64,000 nt of DNA from Selaginella moellendorffii (taxonomy: Eukaryota > Plantae > Lycopodiophyta): positions 652,705 to 716,704 of the forward strand of contig NW_003314354.1 in assembly GCF_000143415.4 (NCBI RefSeq), written 5' to 3'. Positions 49,945 to 62,239 of this stretch are shown here, piece after piece. Within the stretch, counting starts at the first letter, position 1. Each line of letters begins with the position of its first letter. The notes under the pieces are model-generated. The model was not told where the DNA came from. It was given only the letters and a program-made list of their open reading frames with translations, and searched no databases. Made by a program: the position numbers and the translations under genes.

Positions 49945-52900
49945 GGTGCCTCAACAGATTGTTGTACCAAAACCAATGTTCGAAGTGTTGGTCCCAGCTG
50001 TTGAGACTTATGCGGAGTAGCTACGCCAAGGTTGGTCTAGAGCTACTAAGGTGATGGGCAAAGCTCAGAATAGGTATCGATGTGATAAGGATCAGCATTG
50101 TTAGAATGTGTGCTATCAAGTGGGAGATCAGGTGTGGCTATCTTCCCAAAACCTAAATGTTAAGGGATCTTTATCCTGGAAGTTGTTACCATGATATGTC
50201 GGGCCTTATCGGGTATTAGCATGAGTTGGTGATGTATCCTACAAGCTGGATCTTCTGGATGAGTTGTCCCATATACATGATGTATTTCATGTTAGTTTAC
50301 TAGCACCATATTGTGTTGATGTGGATCACTCTATAGACATTCATCCCCCTCCAGAAGTTGTGCATGGTGACCTTGAGTATGAGGTTGAGGCAATTCTCTT
50401 GTCCCGCAAAGCTCATGGTGGTCATTCCAAGGAATATCTAGTTAAGTGGAAAGGTTACCCGACTTGTGAATCAACTTGGGAACCTCTTCAAAATCTTTCA
50501 CATGCTTGTGAGCTTGTCACGGAGTATGAGAATAGTAATAAAGACTAGTTTTTGTAAACTTTGTAATAAATCTTACAAATCAATAAAGTAATATATTTCT
50601 ATAAATCAAAGTTTTGTGTCTCTCATTCGTTAGTATTTGGGTCAGTTTTGGCAGGCTGACTTTGGCACTTTGGTGCATGGGTCTAATCTATAAATATGGG
50701 GATAACTATTATTGACTGATCACAAGTCCCCGCCTCTCTCTTGATGACTCATTTTTGAAAAGGGGCGTGGTTGTGTAAACAATTTAATCTGCCAGTTTAT
50801 AATAGTTTTCTGAATCTTCCCGACGGGGTTGATTTCTTGCTCAGGGGAAGTTGGGCCTCTGGCCCTCTCCCTATGTCCATGCAAGCAGGGATGTATCATT
50901 CCTTTGTAAGCTAAGTGGTACTTGGAGCAACAAAGGGGCTAACTCTATTAGTCATTTCCTTGTCAGTGATGGCCGGAAGGTGTCTGAGTCTTAACGTCTT
51001 TGGACGTAAAGGAGAGGTCATTCCATAACTCATTTAAATTAGTGTGTTTCCCACATAGTGTGCTTTCCATTAACTTTCGGAGTTGTTTCCTTGACGGTTT
51101 GCTAGACTTGGGTATGCATCGACAAGGACGTTAATCTTCCCCAAAGGCGGGGAGAGTGTCGCAAATGTGACTTCGGGTATCAAAGGATACTTGTCGGCCA
51201 ATCCTTACGAACACTCTTTCCTTACTGCTATGACGGCAAGAGGTCGGTATAGTTGGTTCCCTTTATCGTTCCCACTTGGGCTATGGCTGTTTGTATCTAA
51301 GGGTTTCATGTTTGACTCTCTCTCGTGTCACTGTACAGAATTGGGAACGAAACAAGGAGAGTGAGCTCCTTGATTCTTCACTGTCGATAAGTTTCTTTCT
51401 CGCGTTTTTCACAGTTGTATCACCACTGTTCTGAGTCTCCAGAATATATACCTTTGGAATGGGTATGTGTATGATTTATGGTCTTTGCAATGTCGTTTGA
51501 ATGTGTTTGCATAAGAACAGGTCATGAGTACTGGGAAGATGAAGGCATTGAAGAAAAAAAGCCAGCATGTAGGCAAATGATGAACATATTTCACCCATAT
51601 GATCCTGTCACCTATAGGTATCAATATACTTCTGTGTGAGCAGTGTTTACATTTATCCTTTCGTCCTGATTATAGAGTGGAACCTCTGATATCTATTCTT
51701 TTTGGAGAAAGTCAGTGAATATCTTGGGATACAGGTAATCATAGTGCTTTGTAAGTTTTGCTGTCAAAGCTAGAGGAAATTCTTCAGTTGGGGTATGGCA
51801 ATTATTGTGACACACTAGGTAGGATCCAATCCAACATCACCAACTCGCAGAAAAAGAGAGAACTAAGAAAGACAAACAAAGAATAGTGACCATCGCCATA
51901 TCTACATGTCTGAGGACAAATTAAGTGAATTGGTGCCAGATTCAATTGTATTTGTGTTGTAATACTACATTATTTATAAAGTGTCTCCTGCCTTTGACTG
52001 TCTAGAAGTTCCAATGGTAAAGCCAATTTCATGCTACAGGTAAGTCGGAATCATAGCAGCAGCAGCAGCAGCAGCAGCGAGAAGATCTCAAGGTCGCACA
52101 AGAATTCTCCACCAGGGATTTCTCACATGTACATAGTGGCAAAGCCAGTGTCGGTGAGCAGGTTGGTGCGAGGGACAGGGATGAAGATCTCAGGAGGGAC
52201 AGGGAAAAAGATCTTGTAGGGTCCACCATTGCCCACAATCAGCGGAATATGTTTTTCAAGCTTCCCAGAGGAAGACTCAAGTCTAGAGAAAAACGGTAAA
52301 GAAGTTTTCTTTCATCATTCACTCTGCTAACTTTGATATATCTGCTAACTAGAGATGGAAGGATTGAAGAGGAAGCTCATGAGCATCCAATGGCAGCTTC
52401 AATCCAGCCTGAGATAGGTATGATGGAAATTCACGAAGATGTAAAGAACTTTGGTTTTGTTCGTTTCCATTTCTTCCAGTTTGAAGAGTTTGTGGCAATT
52501 TGGTAGAGACCAAACTTTGAGACGCTGCCATATCCTTACTGCCCTCCTCACATCACCAAACCAAAGGTATTGATCTTTTTTCTTCGTTACTCATAACTCT
52601 TTTGTATGATCTTCTCATTTCTTTTATTATTTCTTGTGTCAGGAGTGTAGGAAGTTCTGCAGGGGTCTCCTCCCTGAAAGACAATACTTTACTGTTTCAA
52701 AGAGTCTCAAACTGCTGCCAGTTCCATTGTTTGAGCTCTACGACAATGTATGTAAGAGAAGAAACGTTTAATATCTACACTCGCTTCTTTTTTTTTTCTT
52801 TTCTTGCTTTGAGAAAGTTTTTCTCCTCCTTTGCTGATGTGAGAATCGTTACTGCAGAGATATTCCCAGTGATCTCTGCCATCTTCTAGCAGCTTTCAAG

Positions 52901-54419
52901 GTTCACCTTCATTGCCATTAACGGTTGAACCCTGGAAATCTGTGTGAATTTTTTCTTCTTTTTCTCCATTTTGTAAAACTATTAACTTACTATGAGTGGC
53001 TCTCTTTGTTTTGTTTCAAAAATTTCTCTTATAAATGAAGATACACTCCCTCAGCTGGATAAAAGTGTGATGGAATCAAGAAAGAAATAAAAAATTACAC
53101 ACCTACCAGTGTACACTTATCAAAAGATTGGTAGAACAGCCTCAGTATATACCAAGAAGAGTTGAGTATTAGTAAACAACTGACCAAGATAAAGAGCTTT
53201 TAAATTTTTTTAATATCGTGACTCTTGTGCTCATTTTTAGATTGAACTTTTGTGATCATGTGAGTGCGTACATCCGCACATAGAGATTCTAAGTAGCTTT
53301 TAAGAGTTTTCGAAAAACCATCTAGTACTTGTGTCTGCAATGTCAAAACAAACTCTCCTGATAATCTTCAATTGAACTCTTTTGGCAATATAAGTAGAGA
53401 AAGGTCTGTGGTATAGAATCCAGCTTAGAGCTGCAGTCGAGAATGCAGATCGGGTGTGTTTACAATGACAAGAATATGTCAACCCACCTGAATATTGTTG
53501 GCCAGGACATGGAGGTGCTAATATTTTTTAATGTAGGAAGCAAATGAGTTATGTGAGCAGATGGAAAGCCTGCAGTTAGTGTTAATCAACAAGCTCTCTC
53601 GAAATAGCAAAATACAAAAGTGATGATAGTACAGCCAAGATGCAGTCGCTACAGCTTGAATTGAGAAGGAAAGAAGAAATCTGCTGCTAAGAGAAGACTG
53701 TGGGCTTTGATGAGACAGAAAAATCTAAGACCGAACAGGAGGTACTGAAGATTACGGAAGAACTTGAAGACACATGGGAGTTGAACAGGTTGTTCAGAAA
53801 ATACATAGCTGGCTATAGATTAAAAAAAATGGATGTCAGGTGTGCAAAAGTGGAAGTTGAGATGGCAGATGCAACTACTATAAAGAACTGAGGGTGGCCA
53901 AGAAACTCTGAAGATGATGTGACACTATGCTGCAGCAATGAAAATGGAACGGATTTTAGAGACTTCCTTGCCAGATTGTCCACCAGGCCATTTTGCTGTG
54001 GAGAAGCAATATTCAGGCTTTACAGTTAAAGCTACACTAAGCTTTTGAGTTTGTCAAAGATGCAGAGCACCTAATGCAACCTCAAATATGTCTAAAATGC
54101 AAGAGAGTGTTCAGAATTTCTGAATGATACAGGTATTGCTCAGAAGAAAAAACCAATGTGCTGCTTCTCCAGGTACTCTAACATTCAAGTGAATCCAAAG
54201 TGCCTTGCAATGTTTCTCCAGTCCAGTGAAGCTGATCAATGGCATCGTGATCAATACAACAGAATCCAGTGAGGACTAACATTGTGATGGTTCTTCAGGC
54301 ATGTGTTTGCATTCTAGCAAATCCAGGATGGCTGTTCATTGCAAGTCACACACACCTCACAGATGCACAGTAAGTTTTTCTGGCACACACTCGCTCTCTA
54401 ATGCACTAAGCACATAGAT

Positions 54420-55293
54420 TTGTCTGCTATCTGTAGTTTATCGAGAATCCCATTCGGGCTGTGCGCCTGGAAGGAGCTCCCATCACTCACTGAACAAGCC
54501 GCACTGCCCGATGCTCCCTGATGCTACACCAAACAAACCATGCCATTGTTGTCCCATGACGCCGTGAACATGGAATCCCACCCGTTTCCCATCACAGCCA
54601 TGTTACGATTCATCTCCTAAGAGAGCTGAAAGGACCGCAACTGCAGCGAGCCTCCAGCTCCCGGGCTGCTGACAGAAACAACAGCAGCAGGTCCACCGAG
54701 CGATGCCTAGACGAGAACTGTGAGTCCGGCACCCAATGAGTAGAAGCAATGCGTTTGGACACACCTCCAGAACTTGGTGTGTGTAGCTCACACCTTGGGA
54801 GACAAAGTCGAGGCTCTGGTTGGAATAGGTGGAGAGGCAAGAGCTCAAGCTTGTAAGTGACGTCCTTGGTAGCTCTCCAAACAGGATCCAATTGACACAC
54901 ATGTTTGTCTGGGTGGAGGTGCCCCAGAACACAACCACAAGGTGTTTGTTAGCGGAGGTGGTGTCTTCCTTGTACACTGGGCCCCAAGCTCTGGTGTCCG
55001 AGGAGGGCTCAAGTGTTGGAAGTTTGGGGATGGCTTCCAGCTGGGGACGGAGGCTGGCATCCATAGGTTTTGGTGGAGATTGTGGTGAGCTGGGAGATGA
55101 AGAGTGCCAGACACTTGGGATCATGCTGTGAGAGCTTGAAGAGTTTGTCCCACACTTCCAGAGCTTCTTCGCTTGGTGGGTTTTGTTTGGCTGAGCGGTG
55201 GTGGTGATAGCGGGCTAGAAAAACACTGGCAGTAACAATGGCAGGCACAACCAAAAGCAAGAGCAGGAGAGTGCATTTGTGATTTTTCTTCAT
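54420..55293 (-). pseudogene. Possible class-3 lipase-like secreted protein, frameshifted
   Basis: Hydrophobic signal or anchor (LLLLLLVVPAIVTASVFL), then VY......HLVVVFWGT (lipase-3 'VVxFRGT'-like). No intact GHSLG motif. Confidence 0.35.
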
Positions 55294-56833
55294 GGTTTGG
55301 AAGGAATCTTACCTCTGTTCTCCCTGCGGGCTTGAAAATTAAAGAGTCACCGGATCTCACGTATCTGTGTTGCCTTCGTCAAAGCTTTACAAGTCCAACT
55401 CTTTTTCACTTTATACGGTCTGGCTCTTTCTTGCTTTATAATAGTCTGGATTTCTTAACTCTCAAATTTTCAAGTATGCACAACAGGAAACTAAAATTCA
55501 CAGATCTCACTTATCAGCATTGCTTGGTCAAAAAATTATATTTTATGGCCTAACACTATTATGTCTTAGATTTTGCATTATTTTTCTCTTTTAGCAGTTT
55601 CTTAACATCAAATGCTTTGTGATCAAAAGAGAGCATGCAAGTTCCTCCACAAGAACCCCCAGGCTGCCTTTGATGTGTTCCAAAGGTGATGACTCTGAAC
55701 TCAATATCCATGTTGAGCAGAATAAAGCTGCTTGGGTCCTCAGTAAACTTCCACCACCTCTCTTCAATTTCTTCTTGCCACTTTACAGTAAGTCACTGAA
55801 AAAATCTAAGATTCTGTAGAACTTCACTGGTTAAAACTTGGACAGGAAATCTAGAAGAAAAAGCAAGCCTTTGAACACTTCTGTTTTTATCCTGGTCCTT
55901 TGACTTAAAACCAAGTGGGTTATGCTAGAACACCTGAAACCTCCCTCGATATCAAGCTTTCAAGTAGATGTTGTAACTTTTAATTATGGATTTCTTATGT
56001 TCCATCTCCAGGATGATGAATTTAGAATCTCTTGGAACTTTCTATGCAGGCATTTGCTTTCATTTCAAGCACAAGACTTGCAGAATAAAAGAAGCCAGCT
56101 TTGATTAATTACAAAACCTTGCTTTCTAGAGCTTACAGCTATAACTTTCAACTGATTATTTTAAAATTAATATTAAAATACTTACTCTTGATGCTAAAAT
56201 GCTTGAAAATTCAATGTGCCCAAAATGTTTTGTACTTCTCAGCTAGTCTTGTATAAAACCCCATGTGTTGTGAAAGGGCAAAGCATATAGAGATAGAGCA
56301 TTGAAAGAAGTGTTTAGATGCATTTGGGACGCACTACTCCTTGTTCTGTCCAAGTTGAAAACAGAAAAAGTTTAGGTTTTGATCCACATGGCATTAGGGC
56401 GGGAACTCAGGGCATCCTAGTTTGGAAGAGGACAAGATTGGAATCAGATTTGGAGCTCTGGCTGAGAGGCAGATAAAAAGAGACATTGGAGAGTTCATTT
56501 CTTTCCCTTTGTGTGTTTAAAAGTGATAAAATGTGTTCAATAGTGTTCTTGTAGGAGTTAGATTGGAGAGTGTCCTCTAGAGAGGATTCAAGGAGTTTGT
56601 GAGAGAATTCTGGAGAAGCAGAGAGTAGCTTACAACCTACTGGTAGTAATGTGGCCTTGAGCATATGATATCAGTAAAAGAGCGTGTTTTACCTCTCTCT
56701 TGCAAGAGTGTGTGATAGTGGGGCAATTGGGGGCAATTGCACCTTCCAGGCACTTGCTGTATGCCAGTGAAAACACAGTGGCCCCAAGTCATTCTCTCCC
56801 CCCTGATCTCATTCTCCCAATCTCTTTCGTGCA

Positions 56834-56923
56834 GGGATTCCTCCTGCACAACATAACACAGAATCAAGGCTCCCAGCTGGGATTCCTCTTGCACAACATA
56901 ACACTGAATCAGGGCTCCCAGCT
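56834..56923. repeat. 45-bp tandem duplication
   Basis: gggattcctc(c/t)tgcacaacataacac(a/t)gaatca(a/g)ggctcccagct occurs twice. Confidence 0.9.
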
Positions 56924-57743
56924 CAATCAGTTTGGGTAGCCTTGGATTTGCCCGGCCTCCCCTGCTTTAGCCACTTCCACATTTCCACATTTCTTTTGAG
57001 GAACTCACTGGACAGACCACGTGGCAGATTGGGGTGAGTTTGACATGTATTGGTATCACAGTTCTCATCCTGCATGTATGGATGTAGGGGATGAGTATAG
57101 AAGATCTTTCCTAATGTCTAGAGATTAGTGAGTCAGTTTTGAAAGATTCTTGGAGTTGAGCATCTACGAGAATGGCGTGAGAAATTTCGACTCTTGAGGC
57201 ACCAAAGGATGGTTCTAGGTGGAGAATAGAGCAGTGCATCTTAGCCGACATCAAGGCTGTATTTTCTGCTTTAAGATTTGTCAGATCTTTTCCAGACGTC
57301 CTGCTATTTCTTTCTTCACCTCGCTACTAAAAGAATGAAGATTTTTGTCAAAATCCTAATATCATATAGATTCAGAAAAAATCTGGACAAATCTTTCCAG
57401 GTAGCTTCTGCATAGTTTTTCAAGCAGCTTCAAGGTATCGGCTTCTCTCTCAGTTTACTTCATCTTCGACAGGACCTTAATCTTTTTTCTGGTGGGACAC
57501 CGAACAACCCTAAATCTCGCTCAAAGCAATGAATGTAGAAAAGGCAAGACCACTTGGCATCACCACATTGCATTGATGTTTCGCACGCTTTCTTACGCCC
57601 ATCCTTTTTAGTTTTCCTGGGAATTCTCATTGAGAACGACAGAGATTAGGAAAATTTCTTCACACAATACCCAAATTTGCAGTAGGTACATCGTTTTAAA
57701 TCCTAGTCGAATAAGGCAAAGCCAATGTGTAATACAATATTGT

Positions 57744-59390
57744 TCAACAATAATAAACAAATCTGTCTGTGTTTGGTTTCCATCTCACGTTGAGCACCAT
57801 CGCAGGAACCTTTTGTTGTTTTACTTCGGCAAGCGCTGATTCGAGTGCACCTAAAAGCCTTGTTTGATACTCTTTGTAATTTTTGTGTAGAGCGCAGCTG
57901 AAGTGGCACCTTTTGCTGTAGGATGGATCCAGGGGGTAAACTCCATGGTTACAGTCGCATAGAGGCGAAATAACCACTCCTTCTCGCTGCATTTTGTCGA
58001 TATGAACGAGTTGCAAAGCCTTTAAAAATCTGTAGAAATAAAATAAAAAAACACTTTTAATTAAAAACAAGTACCTCGATTGTTCGAGGCTTTGACACAG
58101 TTTCCAGATTTTTTCCCTTTTCTGAAACAGGTAAAACCTGTTAATGCAGTGGTTACTATGGAAGCCAATACAACCTCTGGGACTGCTACATCATCAAATA
58201 TCGTTTGAAACCCGTAAAGCATAGCCAGAACTCTTGCATCGAGTGTATTAGCCTGTAAAGTTAAATTATTGATGAAAAATATTTCTACCTGCGTTACCTT
58301 CTTGATTATCTCCTTCACAAATTCCATAAGTCTTCGTTGGTGTTTTTCACCATTATGATAGAGTGGGCAGCTTTTATCACAGTAGTCTGAATAGCAAGAA
58401 TTCCAAGGACTTACTGCGTGTCTACATGAACAAAGCCTAGGAATTCGAAGTCCTTGTTTGTGCAACCGCTCAAAACGTACCATAAGTAAAGCAAAGGTGA
58501 GGCTGCTAAAAGCTTATACATAAAGCTATATATAATGAAACAAAACTGCACTTACTCGCGGCCGTTTGCAGCCTCTAACAAGCTTGCGAGTCTGCTCCTC
58601 TGGAAAAAAAGAACAAGTTAAAGGTGTTCTGGACGTATGAAGACCGTACCTTTCTTGCAACTGCTGCTAGATGCTCAGCTATAGCATCATTTTGTCTACC
58701 CCAGGCCATTTTGAGCCGTACTGTACGTTCAGTAAGCTTATCCACGGTGGATTGGACACTATACCTCTGCCTTTGCAAAAAAGAAAAAAACTTAACAGTT
58801 TACCATCTTCCCCGCATGAGATAAAAGAGAATACCTCATCAGTTGTTCCTTACGGCGATCTTCCATAGCCCTGGACTGCCTTCGTTCCATTTCCATGGCA
58901 CACTTCCACACGTCATTAACATACTGGTTTGCCTGCATGGAGTGGTCGAATAAACGAGAAAAAGCATATACTCATACTTGGCCTCTTTCCTCATACTCGT
59001 CACGGTGTCTTAAAAGAAGAATACCCATTGACGTGATCTAAGACCGGATTTGAATGTATGAAAAGAAATAAGAAATTCCAAACCTCCATGGCCTCTGGAC
59101 GAGCGTGAGGAATTTTGTCCTTGGTAGCCTTTCTTTTTTCGTACTGCTTCCTTGCCACTCGATACTGCAAACTTTTGTGAAATCTTTCCTTGTGAGACAC
59201 CTGTGCTTCCTGCTGACGATATATATGTTGCATTGCCACCACTGCTGCTTCCTGAGCAAAGGGATCATAAAGACAACAGTTCTACTGTCTCACTTACTGC
59301 TGCATTGCTGCTAGAGTTTTGGGTGTACTCAGAAGGCCTGACAATTCGTGGGACCGGATAGCACTCCAATTCGCAGCAAATACGACCCAT
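57744..59390 (-). CDS. CCDC15-like centriolar coiled-coil protein, multi-exon, with two copies of the Cys-rich C-terminal motif; ends approximate
   Basis: N-terminal YPVPRIVRP...HKERFHKSLQYRV and two motifs of form PxLCxC...C...CxL(Y/H)xN...QxRL (IPRLCSC..YCDKSCPLYHNGEKHQRRL; ISPLCDC..RCHFSCALHKNYKEYQTRL). These resemble human CCDC15 as recalled from memory. Short GT-AG introns. Confidence 0.6.
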
Positions 59391-62239
59391 GTGCCTAATA
59401 TCAAGTATTGGAAAAACACAAGTTAGATACGGTAATAACAGTTAGAAAACTGCTTATCCTACGACAAGACCGGTTATATCCATCTTTTCAACTGTAACAG
59501 GAGAAACCTAAACCCTATTACAGAGGTCATCCGTGCTCCAGCAAAGCTTTTAGAAGATGCTTGGTTACTAGCATAGTGAAATCTTTCAGAGAAAAAGATC
59601 GAGAACATTGCACAACACTTGGAAACGCCGGTCACAATGAGTCTACAGTTAGTTCTCTGATTCTAAGGGTAACTTGGGAGTCATAGTAGGTGAGGACTGT
59701 AACGGACTACCATCTATGCTCTTTTAAGGCAGTGAGCACAAGCATATTTATAAGTATTGTGCACCAGAACTAGACAGATGCCTTCAACGGATCCCCCTCC
59801 CCTTTTTTCAACGCTAATCCAGATGCTTGCAAGTTCTTTCTTCTGTTCCTGGCAATGATTCCGAAAAAAACGATAAAGCTTTCGAGTTTTTTCTTTCTTT
59901 AATGAAAGCCAGTTTTTTACGAAAAAGCTCTGCGATCTTCCGAATTGGTAGAAAATGCAAAGTATGTCTTAGAAAAACTTCCTCGCACTGCCAGAGTTCT
60001 CTTCATTGCCACCAAGTGGAATTTGTTCATGAGATGCTCAAAGAAGTGGCTCAAGGACGGCACTGGTGGAAGTGTCAGACGGGGGTGGCAACAACGAAAA
60101 TGGCGATGTATATGACGCAAGCAAGGCCTTGAATCCCGAGTTTGATTGATCACAGGGAAGCAACAGAATTTACAGGGGGTGGGTAGAAAGCAAAGAGAAA
60201 AGAGCTGCATAGAAGTTTTTGTACGTCTTTGTTAGCCTTGTGAAGAGACTAACGATTGATAACACTGATGTGGATATATGGGTAGATCAGTGGTCTCAAA
60301 GGCATGCATAGTTAATCCTCCATGGAAATGGAAGGTTTTGGGGAAAAGTTCTTGAGGCCTGTCACTGGAAAAAGTCTGAATACGACTTTGAAGCTATTGT
60401 ATTGAAAGCTTAATCGAATAAAATGGAATGGTTCCACTTAGCCGCTTCTTATAAGGTTTAGCACGCTTCCAGGGTTTCGTAGCAAAGCCAGAGGTAAAGA
60501 GTGCCATCAATTATAGTTCTCTCCAGCTCCAGTGAATGGATAGATTGTTGGATAGTGGGAGCTATGGTTATATGTAGGAACAAATCGCGAATATATAGCT
60601 CATTCAATCTCTTCCTCTGCTGTGAAAGTTTTTGTTCTTGGGTGATTGATGGTGTTTTCAATGGCCATGACAGGAAAATTTTCTCCTTTTCCCAGCGGAG
60701 CTGGGTTTCAGCCAGTTATTCATTAATTTTGATTGTGTCAGCCACAATCACCCAAGAATTTCAAGCTCGATTTTTTTCCTTCAGATCCTCTTGGAACTTC
60801 CTAAAATCCCTGTTAGGACAACATAGAGAACATCCCAGTATCTCTGAACACATGCAGTGATGTGACGGCCGTGAGCCTTTTTACACAATCAGCTCTTGCT
60901 TTTCTTCACGTTACAATTCTCAATCTTGTTGGTGGAGGCAAACTGTGTGTTCCACAATAGTGGCAAGCTTTGTCGGAGCAGAAACATAGCATGTTGCACA
61001 ATGGTGGAAGCGTGACAGCTAAGCTCAGAATTTCATTGCGATGAGGAAGAAGCTTGCTCCAAGTTGTCTGCCATCATTCCAAAGTGCAGCCAACATCTTC
61101 TCTATGCCAAAATAACAAAAGGAAATTCTAAGAAATTACAAAAATTATAATCTAGGAAAACAAGAAAAGATGAAAATCATTAAGAATAAAACACGAGAGT
61201 TCGACAACTGTAAGAAAGAAAAAAGATTCAAAGAGATTACCATTCAAAGTGTGTGTGTGTGTGTGTTGAGAGGGAAAGGCAAGAGAATGACCACCCTCCG
61301 TGAACTCTAATTGCTTGAGGATATCTGCACTTGATGAGATCCTTGGTCATCTTGGAGTTGGGACGCGCTTCATGATCTTGTTGCTGTTGGCAATGGGTAA
61401 CTGCCTCTTTCCACCCTTGAAACCCCTACTGCTGACGTGTTTAAATGATGATATGGCGTTCGCAAATCATATGGCCATATTATGAATTCACCACAGCAAA
61501 GAAGGCATACACTTCTTTCTTCTGAAATTTGAAATGTGCCGTGTTATAATTCTTTCTTTTTGTTATGGCTTGTGTGGGGCGCACTAGAAAAATGTTGTAT
61601 CTCATCCTAACTTGGATGTAGTATTTGAAGCTTGAAGTTTTCTTCAAATGTATTTTAAGTGGTGGTTTGAATTTTTGTTAGATACATGTGTGACTGGATC
61701 TATCAATTTTCGAACATAAGATTTACCATTTGGTATGCAAGATTACAAGGGATGTAATATCTCTTCCTTGTGAGTGTTGTAGATTGGTTTTTATTTTTGG
61801 ATTATCTTTTGCTTCTGGAAATTTGGTGACGTAGCATTCACTTAAAAATCCCTAATTATATCACGATGTGCAATAATATTTTTTGTTATTTTATTTTTTC
61901 TGGTGTTGAATGATGAGTCTCTTGCTGCTCTATTTGGCTGCTTCCATCCTTGCAAAACTTCAAGGTGTAGGTAAGATGCACAACCAAATGACTCAAGCGT
62001 GAATTTGATGCCATTTTGTATGATCCAAACATCTGAGTGATCTCTAACTTTTTATGTCCTACATGATATTGTTATCAGGATCAGAAATACATGTATTGCA
62101 TTCTACCTTTAAGAGGATGTTCCCCATCTCTTATTGCAGTTCTGTACTTGTAACGTGGAGTGTTTAAATACTATCATGTATTTATGTATATCTAACACTC
62201 ACGCTCAATAAAAATCTGGAAGGTAAACTATTTCCTTCA

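Larger units (their letters stand above)
46462..51413 (+). mobile_element. Decayed Ty3/Gypsy chromovirus 3' half (integrase, chromodomain, PPT, putative 3' LTR 50772-51413) hosting two nested insertions
   Basis: YKPGKDN, EHHDIPAVGH..CPICQ, DFVTCLPK, ISDRDSRF, HPQTDGQT, YVGPYRV, IHDVFHVSLL and chromodomain YEVEAIL..YLVKWKGY..STWEP. PPT gaaaaggggcg near 50757. The LTR limits tgtgtaaa...ttttcaca are tentative. Confidence 0.85.

Noticed and set aside
51800-54300. Exon-like and coiled-coil fragments, (CAG)n
   Set aside because: Multiple stops and no recognisable family; I could not build a gene model.
56269-57060. Possible solo LTR (tgtga...tcaca)
   Set aside because: The flanking 5-mers do not match and there is no PBS or PPT support.
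59800-61100. Short ORFs on both strands upstream of the CCDC15-like gene
   Set aside because: Interrupted by stops, with no recognisable domain.
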